The translations under genes were made by a program, and so were the position numbers. 64,000 nucleotides of DNA. Origin: Octopus vulgaris (lineage: Eukaryota). The DNA lies in NCBI GenBank assembly GCA_951406725.2, contig OX597818.1, positions 29,884,001-29,948,000 on the forward strand, in the 5' to 3' direction. Shown here piece after piece: positions 27,070 through 39,231 of this stretch. The notes beneath the pieces are model-generated. The model had not been told where the DNA came from. It saw only the letters and a list, made by a program, of their open reading frames with translations, and searched no databases. Position 1 is the stretch's first letter. Each line of letters starts with the position of its first letter.

Positions 27070-27655
27070 AAGGTGACAAGCTAGCAGAATCATCAGCATG
27101 CTGGGCAAAATGCTTAGTGGTGTTTCATCTGCTGTTACGTTCTGAGTTCAAATTCTGCCGAGGTAGACTTTGCCTTTCATCCTTTAGGGGTCGATAAATT
27201 AAGTATCAGTTGTGCACTTGGATCGATGTAATCGACTTAATCCCTTTGTCTTTCCTTGTTTGTTCCCTCTATATTTAGCCTCTTGTGGGCAATAAAGAAA
27301 TAAGAATCGTTAGCAGGCCGGGCAAAATGCATAGCGGCATATGGTCGACTTGGATGTTGTGAGTTCAAATTCCGCCGAGGTCGAATTTGTCTTTCATCCT
27401 GCCAGGATCGCTAAAATAAATACCAGATGTGCACTGGGGTCGATGTAATCGACTTCATCCGTTTGTCTGTCCTTGTTTGGCCTCTCTTATGGGTAGTAAA
27501 GAAATAGGTATTTCATCTGTCTTTACATTCTGAGTTCAAATTCCACTGAGGTCGATTTTGCCCTTGAAATAAGTTCCAGTTGAGCACTGGGGTCGATGTG
27601 AACAACTTACCCCTTCCTCTAAACTTGTTGACCTTGTGCCAAAATTTGAAACCAA
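27070..27655 (+). mobile_element. Head-to-tail multimer (about 3 units) of SINE family A
   Basis: Three successive gagttcaaattcYRcYgaggt..cactggggtcgatgt units. Confidence 0.82.
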
Positions 27656-29449
27656 TATTTCTAGTATCCTAAGCATTAATTTAGTATCAGCAGGCTGCTA
27701 AAATCTGTAATCAGATAAGCAATGATTTGCCATTGACAAGCAACTCGTTTACCAAGGAACAATAACACTTAGAGAGTATATGATAAACTCTCATCTTTCT
27801 ATAGCAACTTAGACAGAAATCTTTGAGAGAGCAAATAGGAGACACACTGAAAATGCTTGATAGTTTTCCTTGGCAGAAGTAAGAACATTCATCTAACAAT
27901 TTAGTTTAAAATATATTTAAAACAATAAGTCATCATAAATTGCTCTTCACTGATGATTTCTAGATATTCAAGTCTTTAGACAAAAGTGAAAGCATGCATC
28001 AGTATCAAATTTTTCAATTTTTCTCAAATTGACTTTAACAATATGGAATATGGGATTGTTGTCTGTGAAATCAGAAAAAACTTTGAAGGACTGGAAAATA
28101 ATGTTTGCACAAATTACAGAAAATTTCTAACAGGAGTTGTCATGAGAACATTTGTTCCATGAGTTCCAGTGAGAAAGTGTTGAGATGCTACAAGTAGGTT
28201 TGAACAAATTGAAATAATTCATGAATCAACAGAAAATCTTAAAAATCAACAAACCTTCCCAAACAGCTCACATAGGTGCAGCCGTGGCTATAAGAACAGG
28301 CATGGCTCATAGGTGCAAGTGTGTCTATGTTGTTAAGAACTTTGCTTCTCAGCCATGTGGTCAGTCTCATTGTGTGGTACCTTGGGTATCTTCTACTTTA
28401 GTCTCAGGCTGATCAAAACCTTGTGAGAGGATTTGGTAGATGGAAACTGAAAGAAGCTCTTTGTGTATGTATATGTGTGTGTGTGTGTATGTGTGTCTTT
28501 GTAAGCCTAGTACTTATTCTATCAGTCTCTTTTGCTAAACTGCTAAGTTACAGAGATGTAAACACACCAGCAACGGTTGTCGAGCAATGGTGGGGTGACA
28601 AACAGACACGCAAACATACACACACACACACACGTATACAACAGGCTTCTTTCAGTTTCCATCAACCAAATCCACTCACAAGGCTTTGGTTGGCCCAAGG
28701 CTGTAGTAGAAGATACTTGCCCAAGATGCCATGCAGTGGGACTGGACCCAGAACCATGTGGTTGGTAAGCAAGCTACTTACCACTCAGCTACTTCTGTGC
28801 CTATATATGTACACCTCTGAAGATATGCATATCTGTTTTTTTTTAATAAAATGAATGTACACGTACATAGAAAGCTGAAATTTTAGGATGTTGGTACAAA
28901 TGCCCTTCTGTAATTGTGGATAAAATTTGACATACATCTGATCTTTTTTTGTGAGTAATTGAGAATTTACTGAAATTGGCTGTCTGAAGTTATTATGTAA
29001 ATGTTGGAATTTATATTTTTAAAGTGTTAATTATATGTTTTTGTTATTTTGCAGGTCATAATATAATCATGGGTAAAAAGAAAGATATTACAGCATCTGA
29101 AAAGCAGAAAATAACTAAGCTTTAAAGTGATGGCATGACCTCTTTGAATATTTCGAAGCAGCTTAGCCGAGATCATCAAACAATCAAGAAAACTATTGAA
29201 GATATAACAAAGAACAGGAAACCAAGGTCTGGAAATGGGTTCAAGAACATATCCACGAGAGATAAACATCAGCTGAAACACATTGTCACTAAAAACCCAC
29301 TACTCAGTAGTGATAAGGGTTTTAATATGGCTGGGATTGTTGAAGTAAAGAGAGACAAAATGTGTAGATACTGTTCTATATTTAAGAGATGAGGAATTAT
29401 GTACATTATTTATAATTGACGGATATTTGTTCTCATCTTGTTTGTTGTT

Positions 29450-29492
29450 AACACATTTCGGCTGATATACCCTCCAGCCTTTATCAGGTGCC
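29450..29492 (-). ncRNA. Hammerhead-like motif, inverted-arm copy (core mutated to CUGAUAA)
   Basis: GGCAC-CUGAUAA-A-GGCUG(gagggtatat)CAGCC-GAAA-U-GUGUU; stem III missing. Confidence 0.6.
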
Positions 29493-29720
29493 TTGGGGAA
29501 ATTTTGAACCTGGGTTCTCATTCCTAAGGTATTTTTTGATGTTATTATTATTATTATTATTAAGGTCACTGCCTGGAATCGAACTCGGAATCTTGGGGTT
29601 AAGAGCGCAGGCTACTAACCCCAAGATTCCAAGTTCGATTCCAGGCAGTGACCTGAATAATAACAATAATAATAACAACATTGAAAAATACCTTAGAACC
29701 CAGGTTCAAAATTTCCCCAA

Positions 29721-29763
29721 GACACCTGATGAAGGCTGGAGGGTATATCAGCTGAAATGTGTT
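29721..29763 (+). ncRNA. Hammerhead ribozyme-like motif (canonical CUGAUGA/GAAA core, stem III deleted)
   Basis: GACAC-CUGAUGA-A-GGCUG(gagggtatat)CAGCU-GAAA-U-GUGUU; stem I GACAC/GUGUU, stem II GGCUG/CAGCU. Confidence 0.7.
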
Positions 29764-31669
29764 AACAACAAACAAGATGAGAACAAATATCTGTCAAATA
29801 TAAATAATGTAAATAATGAAAATGTGTAGAGTCCTTCACAACATTGGTTCTGTGAAAAAATCTCCTCGCCAGCCTCCTATATCTCCAACTAATATTGATA
29901 AACATCTAAAGTGGGCAAGAAAGTACTTAAAAACAGGTTTCAGAAATGTCATATTCACTGATGAATCGCATGTCACATTAGATGGTCCAGATGGATGGGC
30001 TAAAGGATGGGTTCTGTCAAGACGGCAAAAAGGAGGTGGTGGTGTAATGATATGGGCTGGTATTGTTAATAGAACCATCACTGGACTATTTAGAATTGAT
30101 GAAGGTGTAAAACTCAACTGTACTAATTATTGTGAATTGTTGGATCAAATTTTTCTTTGAATGGTAAAAGCGTCAGCCTCACAGTTTCAAAATAAAGTGT
30201 ATATTTATGCATGACAATGCTCCATCCCATGCTTCTCACCTAACCTGTGAGTTTCTTGAGTGCAAATGATTTGCCGAAGACAAAATAATGGAGTGGCTAC
30301 TGTCAAGCCCTGACTTGAACCCAATAGAAAACCTTTGGTCAATCGTCAAACAGAAACTCTATGAAGGAGGCAAACAGTACAACAGTAAGGTAGATCTGTG
30401 GGATGCTATACAAAGTATTACAGCTGCAGTTTTGCCAGATCAAACTAACAAATTCGATGGACAACAAATTTGTTGTCCATCGAATTTGTTAGTTTTCTAG
30501 TTTGATTGAAAAGAAAGATTGTTATATTAACATATAAATTGTTTCAACTATATATTAAAACATTGTTCTTTGAATTAGTATAAAGTTCATAATGGGTTCA
30601 TATATTTTAATTGTCCTGATATTCAGAGCACATAACAATTCTAACATTTGCATCATAACTTCAGACAGCCAATTTCAGTAAATTCTCAATTACCCAGGAA
30701 AAACAGATCAGATGTAGTATACTACTTCAAAATAATCTTGACAAGCTTTATGACTATACCCACTATAATTTTGTCAACTCCCTCATGCCCTTTCCTAATA
30801 GATACTATTCTCTAGAATATATCTTAGATTGGATAAACAAGACTACTAAATTATAACTGAACCAAAATCAGTGACATGCTATGACCCAAACAAATATTTT
30901 TCTGATGTCTTAGAAACTTCTATGCTGGAGTGAAAACAGCATGGACCTTGTCTGTCTTGTTACCCTCTTAGAAGATTAAAGTAAAATTATACAAATGTGT
31001 CCGACTGATTAAAAAAATTCTATTTATTTATTTATTTATGCAGCTGAGGATAGCCCTGCATTTAAGCTGATGTAATGATTGCATTGTTCAGTTAAATGGA
31101 GCTGCTTGAAACGGTCATACTGCATCACCTCTGGATATCCTGTTGCTTATTTTGATTATACATACATATATATATATATATCATCATCATCATCGTTTAG
31201 CATCCGCTTTCCATGCTAGCATGGGTTGGACGGTTCAACTGGGGTCTGGGAAGCCAGAAGGCTGCACCAGGCCCAGTCTGATCTGGTAATGTTTCTACGG
31301 CTGGATGCCCTTCCTAATGCCAACCATTCCGTGAGTGTAGTGGGTGCTTTTTACGTGCCAGACAAGGCTGGCAAACGGCCACGATCGGATGGTGCTTTTT
31401 ACATGCCATATATAATTTACAAACACTCACTCACGCATTATAAATGTATGTGCATGTGTTTTTTTTAAAAATTTTTATAATGTCAATTTTTTCAGATTGA
31501 GTTTGGGCAGGGGACATATTCAAAGAAAGACAAAAATATACTTTTTCAAAGGAAAAGTGGAATATTTGAATATCTTTCAAAGAAGTGGGAAAAAATCATA
31601 TAAAACTTTAGATGCAATGATTTAGTGATATTATGTATTAAAGTCCTGAAATTTAGAAATTGTTGCTGA

Positions 31670-34617
31670 AACGTGGAAGAGAGATACCAGCTGGTCTGAG
31701 TGCTCTCTACCCACAATAACTAAAAAGACTACAGCAACTCAGGGAAACTAAGCCAGAACAACCTGCCATCCTCTACACACCATCATAAACTGTGAGCAGG
31801 GTACAAATTGTTGTCCTTAAATGCTCGCAGTTTATGCAACAAAATACATTTGTTCAACGCCTACGTCAGAAGTGTTGACCCTGACTTCATCACTGTCACG
31901 GAAACATGGCCGCATTCCTTACTCTGTGATGGGGTTTTCAACATTACGGGGTACAACCTCTTCCGTAAGGACCGCACTAACCGCCGTGGTGGTGGTGTGA
32001 TGGTCTACGTTCGTTCAAATTTTTTGGTAATTCCTTGTGCCGATTTGAACGAATCACAAGAAGAAGTTTTTTTCTGTGACGTGCGTATGACCATGTCAAC
32101 ACTCCTGCTTGGCGTTGTTTATCGTCCCCCAAGTTACCATCGGGACACACAGCTTTGCAATGTCCTCCGAGCTGCTGCCAGGAAAACAGCCACTTATGTG
32201 TTTATTGCAGGCGATTTCAATCATCCTGAGATCGATTGGGAGACCTTCCATTGGCCACAGAGTGCAAACGATTTTGTTGAGCTTGTGCTGGACTCAAACT
32301 GGTCACAAGTAGTCACCTCTCCAACAAGAGGCGACAACACCTTGGACCTGCTCTTCACCACAACTCCTGAAGCGGTTATCAATTGCACTACGGAGGAACC
32401 TCTAGGTGACTCTGATCATGCTATGATCATCGCCAATCTGGCTCTTGCGGGCAACAAAAACCTGAACCATCTCCAATCTGCTTCCTTCGATTGGAAGAGA
32501 GCAGATTGGAACCTGTACCACACTGAACTACAGCACCCAAACTGGCGTGAATTCTACAACTCTGGAGATGTGAATACTATACTCCAGAGTATCCTGGACT
32601 CAATATGGGCAGCATGTGCAGCATCAGTGCCACGTAAACAAAAAAAGAACCACCCCAAAAGGGCAATTTGGGAAACTTCAGCGGTCCGACTTGCCAGGAG
32701 GGAACGTCGGACTGCTGAACGGGAATACAGGTTGCATAAATCAGACACCAACAGGAAGAAGCGGAATAAATCCTCCAACCATCTCAAGCAAGTGACAAAA
32801 AAGCAGTGCTTGAATTTGAACAGTGCATAGCAGCCAATCCTGACAGCAAGGTTTTCTGGAAATATGTGCACTCAAAGCAGAGACCTCACTCTCCAGTGGG
32901 CCCTCTTCGCAACCCTCACACAAACCAGATCACTGACGACCCCAAGGAATGCGCAGAACTCATTGCCGAGTGCTATGCAAACATATTCACTGTTGAAAGT
33001 CAAAATGTACCATCTTCACCATCACTAACAGCAAACTCCATAACAACTATGGAATTTACACCTGCAATGCTGCGACGTCACCTTCAAAATAAGCGCAACT
33101 ATGCCTCCCCTGGTCTCGATGGAGTTACATACCTGCTTCTCAAACGTGGCAGGCACTTCCTTTTACACCAGCTTTCTATTTTCTTCCAGTACTGTCTCAA
33201 CAATGGTGCTACTCCGGAGCAGTGGAAAACTGCCAGTGTCATTCCTCTGTTCAAAAAGGGCGACCGCACATCACCTGTCAACTATCGCCCAGTCAGTCTC
33301 ACTAGCTGTATTGCAAAACTGATGGAATCGTGTGTCAGAGAAACACTCTGGAACTTCTGGAGCTCTCACAGTCTCATCCGACCCTCACAATATGGATTTG
33401 TCCCTAACTCCAGCTGCAGTGACCAGCTTGTCGAGTTCCTTGAGGACATTACTCAGATTACTGACAGTGGCTCATGGGTGGATGTTGTCTACCTTGACTT
33501 TGCTAAGGCTTTCAACTCTGTGCCACACAAAAGGCTTATGGTGAAACTCTCTGCAATGGGTGTGGGGGATGACCTTTTTAACTGGTTGAAATCCTTCATC
33601 CTCAGCCGAAAGGAGGTAGTCACAGTTCTAGGACAGCACTCTACACCATATGAGATGTCATCGGGTGTACCACAGGGATCTGTCCTTGGTCCCCTCTTGT
33701 TTGTGGCATACATTAACGACATAGATGCCAATTTAAAGAATGCCACAGTATTGAAATATGCAGACGACATCAAGCTGTACCTTGAAATCAAGAGGACAGA
33801 TCCTGATGTCTACAACTCTTTCCTGCAATCAGACCTAGACACAATGCAGCAATGGATCACGGACTGGCAACTGAAACTGGCTGTGGACAAGTGTACCACC
33901 ATGCATTTTGGGAGAAAAAACCCTGCGTTCACTTACTCCCCCACAACACTGATATCAAGAAATCCTCTTGCGAGCGTGACCTAGGCATCACTGTCAGCAG
34001 TGATTTGCGTTGGTCAAAGCATATCTCTAAGATTGTCAGGAAGGCCGAGGGTGTCTTGGCATCACTCAGCAGGTCTTTTGTTAGCCGCTCTCCAGCCATC
34101 TATTTAAAACTGTATACAGCTATGGTACGACCACACTTGGAATTCGCATCATCAGTTTGGAACCCCTATCTTGCACAGAACATTGACCTCCTGGAATCTG
34201 TCCAGAGACGTGCAACCAAACGCATACCCTCCATCAGACACCTACCATATTCTGAGCGCCTTGTTTCCCTGGGCATGGATTCACTGAAGCTCCGGCGTTT
34301 GGCGACGGACTTGGTAAACACCCACAAAGTTATCAACCACCTCACCAACAACAACACTGAACACCTTTTTGATCTCCATGTGTCTAACACACGTGGACAT
34401 GCCTACAAAGTCAGAAAACAATACAGCTCCCATGACTTTCGGAAACATTTTTTCACGCTCAGAGTTGCTGAAGCATGGAATAAACTGCCTGCGTCAGTTG
34501 TTGACTGCCATGACACTGCATCTTTTAAGGCCCTCATGCTTTCCGAAATCCGCCGAAACTACACCTGATTATATATACACTTTAGATGAGTTGTAGTGCA
34601 CCTGAGCACTGTACACA

Positions 34618-34645
<28 letters not shown>
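31670..34645 (+). mobile_element. Near-intact CR1/L2-group LINE (5'-truncated in ORF1), ORF2 APE endonuclease + RT
   Basis: APE motifs LNARSL, VTETW, GVVYRPP, AGDFN, LDL and SDH; RT motifs YRPVSLTS, YLDFAKAF, GVPQGSVLGP and YADDIK; 3'UTR stem-loop (AGTGC/GCACT) and (ATT)n tail. The left boundary is approximate. Confidence 0.95.
31808..34568 (+). pseudogene. LINE ORF2 (endonuclease-reverse transcriptase), about 920 aa, split by two 1-bp deletions
   Basis: ORFs 31808-32830, 32806-33984 and 33852-34568 join if one base is restored at the A6 run 32797-32802 and one at the C5 run 33938-33942. The older copy at 1-1798 has the extra base at both sites. Confidence 0.92.
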
Positions 34646-34651
<6 letters not shown>

Positions 34652-35606
34652 AATCAAAATGAATAGGTAGTATACATATATATCTTCCTAATATAGGCAT
34701 AAGCCTGAAATTTTGGAGGATGAGATCAATCTTTCCAATGCTCAGCTGGTTTTTGTTTTATCAATTCTGAAAGAACAAAAAGTGAAGTCTACCTCGGTGG
34801 CATTTGAACTCAGAATGTAAAGAGCTGGGAGAATATAATGTAGAAGATTTGAGATTGACCTACGAAATGCAATAACCATAAACACTAAACATTCATGTCA
34901 CAGAATCATTAATATTCTTCAGAAAGATACGCTGTACACACAATCACCCATTTATCTATTGCATAAGTATAAATCAAGCCCTTGTATTAATTGCTTGTTC
35001 TTATAGTATAACCGTGTTAGAAAAAATAATACAATTGGTGACGCGGCAATGAATTCATAGAGCAACTGGTCTGAACAGAGTTATGTCCCTTTGGCTTCTC
35101 AGCTACGTCTCACAATATATATTTCTTACTACCCACAAGGGGCTACACACAGAGGGGACAAACAAGGACAAAGGGATTAAGTCGATTATATCGACCCCAG
35201 TGCATAACTGGTACTTAATTTATCGACTCCGAAAGGATGAAAGGCAAAGTCGACCTCGGCGGAATTTGAACTCAGAACGTAGCGGCAGACGCTGACCCAT
35301 GCCAATTTATAATTCACGTGCCAATAAAATAAGTACCAATGAAATTATTAGGTGAATCTATTCATGTACCTAAGTATTGAAATGTTTATTGTGTTGAACA
35401 CTATACGAAAAAAGAATGTGCGCGCACACACACTCACTGCAACATGTACAAAAATATGATTGAAAATATATTTCATTTGAAAAATTAAAATTCTAAGTTT
35501 GTTTAAAAATATTAGCTGAGATTAAGTTTCCATGAAATTTTGTTAATAATAATTTTTTTCTATACCATCCCATTCCCACATAACCTGAAAATATATTAGA
35601 TAATAT

Positions 35607-35896
35607 TCTGTTGTCTGGGGAGAGTCATTTTCTTTTTGTGCCTTATAATGTAACACACTCACCAGTAAAATTTCCACTTATTTCTTATTTTTATTTTTCT
35701 GTCAAGACTATTGAAAAGGTTGCAAGATGCAACGAAAATTTTAGGAAAATAAAAATAAGAAATAAGTGGAAATTTTACCGGTGAGTGTGTTATATCATAA
35801 GGCACAAAAAGAAAATGACTCTCCCCAGACACAACAGAATATGCTTCAACACACGAACTCATATAAAGAATCTTGCAAACCAAATCCCAAAACGAA
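35607..35896 (+). mobile_element. Fold-back non-autonomous element with hammerhead-like motif (family C)
   Basis: Inverted arms of about 90 bp (ctggggagagtcattttctttttgtgcc / ggcacaaaaagaaaatgactctccccag); TSD atattag(a/t)taatat at 35593-35606 and 35897-35910. Confidence 0.82.
35708..35744 (+). ncRNA. Minimal hammerhead-like motif with U3-A8 core variant
   Basis: CUA-UUGAAAA-G-GUUGC(aagau)GCAAC-GAA-AAUU-U-UAG: 3-bp stem I, 5-bp stem II, palindromic stem III. Confidence 0.65.
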
Positions 35897-36159
35897 ATAT
35901 TAGTTAATATATTTCATTCAAAAAATATTTTGTTTTTATCTTTGTAAAAATTGACGTTAAGTTTCAATGTCATACTATTTTCTGCAGGTATGTCTCCTGA
36001 TGAATTTGATGTCGACTAATATGTTTTTGATTAATTTGTCTTTCAGCCAATATATTTTAACCAAGTGAATGTGAATGTGCTTTACAGTGAATGTGCTTTA
36101 CATGAATATGCTGCCTTGAAACAGTAATGAACTCACAACCAAACAATCTTTCCCCTTAA

Positions 36160-37990
36160 TATACACATCCTCTTTCTGTAGGTTCCAAAACGTTAGGGTT
36201 GCAACCATAAATGTAGGCAAAATGAAAAGTAAGTCTATTGAATACTGGAGTGGAGATAAGTGGATCTGTGCCTCATGCCAGAGTTAAGGTGAAGAGGATC
36301 CTTAGCTAAACTCCTTAAGATAAGAGACATCAATACATATTCTTGTATCAGCAAAGGCAGAGTAACCATACTGTTAGTTGAGAAATGGATACATAAGGTA
36401 ATTAAGGTAATCGAGGTGTGCTTTAGAATAAGATGATTCTAGTTATAGACAGCTCAACAGAGATAGTTATCTTTGCGTACATCTCATAGGCAGGATTGAC
36501 AGAAGAATAAAAACGACTATTCAATGAAACCCTTCTACAGAATATCTCAGTGACGATTGACAGCAATTTCATCATCATGACTAACAACTTCAATTTTGGT
36601 CAACATGTTGATGTTTTCCATGTCATACATGAAGGCTATGGAAATGGTTCAAAAAATGAGGAGGGTGTAAGACTCCTGGAGTTCTGTAATGCAACTAACT
36701 TAACAATTTACAACATGCACTTTAGGAAGCCAGCCAACCACCTCATCACCTATAGGAAATGAGGTCAAATAAATTATATTCTCAACAGGAAATGGATCAG
36801 AAGAACTTTTGTAAATATCAAAACTGTTCCTGGTGATGAATACACTACAAATGCAGATTAGTGGCTTGTGACTTCAGAGTCAATGCTAGGCAAATCTGGA
36901 AATAAAAGACAATACCAAGAAGGAAGATATGAAAATTAAAAAATCCAGCAATAAGGAAGAGATTTAGAGAAATTCTAATTGGCATATATGACTGTAGGGA
37001 GAAAGATTTAAAACCATGATGTAGATGAAAACGGAATTTTTATGAAATAATCTGCTTAGTGTTGTTAATTAAACATATGGCTAGGGCAAAGTCACAGCCA
37101 AGTTATAAGTAATATGGTGGTAGAATGATCTAAGAGATAGGGCAATAAAAACTAAGAGATAGGCTTGAAAACCTGGAAGGAAAGTGGTAGTACAGAGATA
37201 CTTGTGAAAGAAGTGACCACAAAGCTATCAAACTGAGAGACGCATTATGAAAGTGACTGAAAGAGTTATTAGGGAGAGTATCTGCTTAGATGAAATATAG
37301 TTCAGATTTCTCCTAGGCTGAAGTATCACTAATGATCTCCTCAAAGATAACAAGAAGAGAAGTCCCTAGCCAAGTGTAAGCATCTCTATCTAGCATGTGT
37401 TGATTTGGAGAATGAGTTTGACAGAGTGATCACTAAGAAAACTAGGAGTTGATGAATTCAGTAAAATGAATGTTAACAATGAATTTAGGAATTTAGAATG
37501 CAAGTGTCCACCAAGGCTCAGTCCTTTGCTTTATCTTATTCATTATGGTCCTGCAAGTCCACATCAATGGAGTTAGTAAAACTGGTTTACTGAGGGGACT
37601 CCTGCATGCAGAAGCTGTGGCAGTTTTATAGAAAAAATTCAAGACATGAAAACAAAAGGATTCAGTATAGACTTACTGAAGACTAAAGATTTTGTGAGAA
37701 AGAAGTTAGGATTCTGATACTTATATGGAAAAGGCCATGTTCAATATGCAGACAAGAAACAGGCAAAAATACCATACAGTGTACTCAATGCGATATACAA
37801 GTGCATGAGAAGTGTACTGGAATCAAGAGCAGGCTGACAGTGAATAAAGACTTTACCTGTGTAAGATATGTGGAAATAGGGAACCCTCGAGCTATCAGTA
37901 AAATGAATGCTTTACGACGTTCAGAAGGCACTGTCTTGGAGAAGGTCCATCCAACCCATACAAGCATGGTAAAATTAACATAAAATGATG
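36160..37990 (+). mobile_element. Heavily decayed RTE-clade LINE (endonuclease to RT, with deletions)
   Basis: HEGYGNGSKNEEGVRLLEFCNATNLTIYNMHFRKPANHLITY (APE); DLENEFDRV; HQGSVL. Confidence 0.85.
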
Positions 37991-38009
37991 ACAATATATA
38001 AAAATTCAC

Positions 38010-38500
38010 TCTTTGACCAAGTCCTTTGGTGATATGCTGTACTTCAGAAGACTCATCAAGCCAAGTGAAATCGTAATCGTGGCTGATGCTGGTGTCGCAT
38101 AACTGGCACCTGCGCCGGTGGCACGTAAAAAGCACCCTTTTAGTGTTGGGCTACACGGAGGCAAAGTGGCTGAAGCCGGTGGCATTTGAAAAGCTCCTTT
38201 CGAGCGTTGGGCCTCACGGAGGCAATGACCAAGACCTCTGGCATTATGTCGTGCTTGAGAAGACCCATCAAGCTGAGTAAAATTGCAGTTGTGGCAGATA
38301 CTGGTGTCACGCAAATAGCACCCGTGTCGGTGGCACATAAAAGTAGCTATTACACTCTCGGAATGGTTGGCGTTAGGAAGGGCATCCAGTCGTAGAAGCC
38401 ATGCCAAATCAGACTGGTGTCTAGTGCAGCCTTTCAGCTTGCCAGCCCTGGTCAAACCACCCAGCCCATACTAGCATGGACAACGGGTGTTAAATGATGA
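38010..38500 (+). mobile_element. RTE 3'UTR-derived element
   Basis: Same tail as 22500-22770. Confidence 0.8.
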
Positions 38501-38849
38501 TTATATATATATATATATATATATATATCGTCAGTGTATCATATATTCAAAAACCATAGAGCAGTAATGTATTTATATGCAGTTAAGTATATGTTTGCTC
38601 ATAGAGTGACCAATGGTTTTGCATCAATAAAGGGCTTAGTTCCATGAGTGGATCGTCAGACTCTAAAGCCAAAGACATAAATGTTCAACTCTGAGAGGAA
38701 GGAATCCATTACAGTCAGTTAATAAATAAATAAAGAATAAACAACCCTGGTTAGCGGGGACGGGTTATCTCCCTTAGATCAGGCCTCGTGTCTTTAGTAG
38801 AAAGGATTATCATTGCAATTTAACGCTCTACGCCAAAATAAGGCTCTTT

Positions 38850-38965
38850 TTTTCATTGGTCAATCCATTTGTTAGTTTAGTCAGCTGACAAAATTAACTT
38901 CCGGTTTGAAGCATAACCAGAAGCTGTTTATTTTTGTTTACAAAATTTAATTGCTATTGGTAAGT
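38850..38965 (+). promoter_or_regulatory. Probable NOSIP promoter and non-coding first exon
   Basis: Inverted CCAAT (ATTGG 38855-38859), ETS-type ACTTCCGG (38897-38904) and strong donor G|GTAAGT at 38960, all in non-repeat DNA; matching acceptor ttaacag at 42881 just before the ATG exon. Confidence 0.55.
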
Positions 38966-39231
38966 TTGTCAATATATCTTCCTGAAATTATTTAAAAATC
39001 ATAAATCTTACGCTTTTGGTTGATTGTATATAGGCTTCATTTACATAATCGAAATTATAGTCGAATGTTGTTATTGGAAGGAAGTAGAAGCAATAAATTG
39101 TGCTTCATGGTTGCAGAGTATCCTGAGCAAAATGTTTTCATATTGGTTAGGTGAAGCCTGATTGAGCAGACCTGTTTCCAAGTGTTCCATCCTGTCTGTA
39201 ATTCAGACATATCATATTCATTAGTATATCA

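Larger units (their letters stand above)
29369..29818. mobile_element. Fold-back non-autonomous element: tRNA-like head + (AAT)n + hammerhead motif (Penelope-like / retrozyme-like SINE)
   Basis: 12-bp TSD aaaatgtgtaga (29357-29368 and 29819-29830); inverted arms of about 200 bp; B box GTTCGATTCC at 29633-29642; hammerhead core at 29726. Confidence 0.85.
28935..30714 (+). mobile_element. Tc1-like transposon, DD37E (TRT-type), decayed, with a 450-bp insertion
   Basis: TIRs of about 80 bp (CATCTGATCT..CTGAAATTGGCTGTCTGAAGTTAT / ATAACTTCAGACAGCCAATTTCAG..AGATCAGATG) with TA TSD. Transposase starts at ATG 29069 (MGKKKDIT), includes FTDESHVTLDGPDGWAKGW and FMHD...SPDLNPIE with 37 residues between D and E; internal stops. 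Confidence 0.93.

Noticed and set aside
29597-29653. tRNA gene
   Set aside because: 5' acceptor strand missing and stems degenerate; it is a SINE-like head inside an insertion.
35975-35993. ttttctgcag|gtatgt recursive-splice-like site
   Set aside because: Lies upstream of the inferred NOSIP promoter with no evidence of a host transcript; expected by chance.
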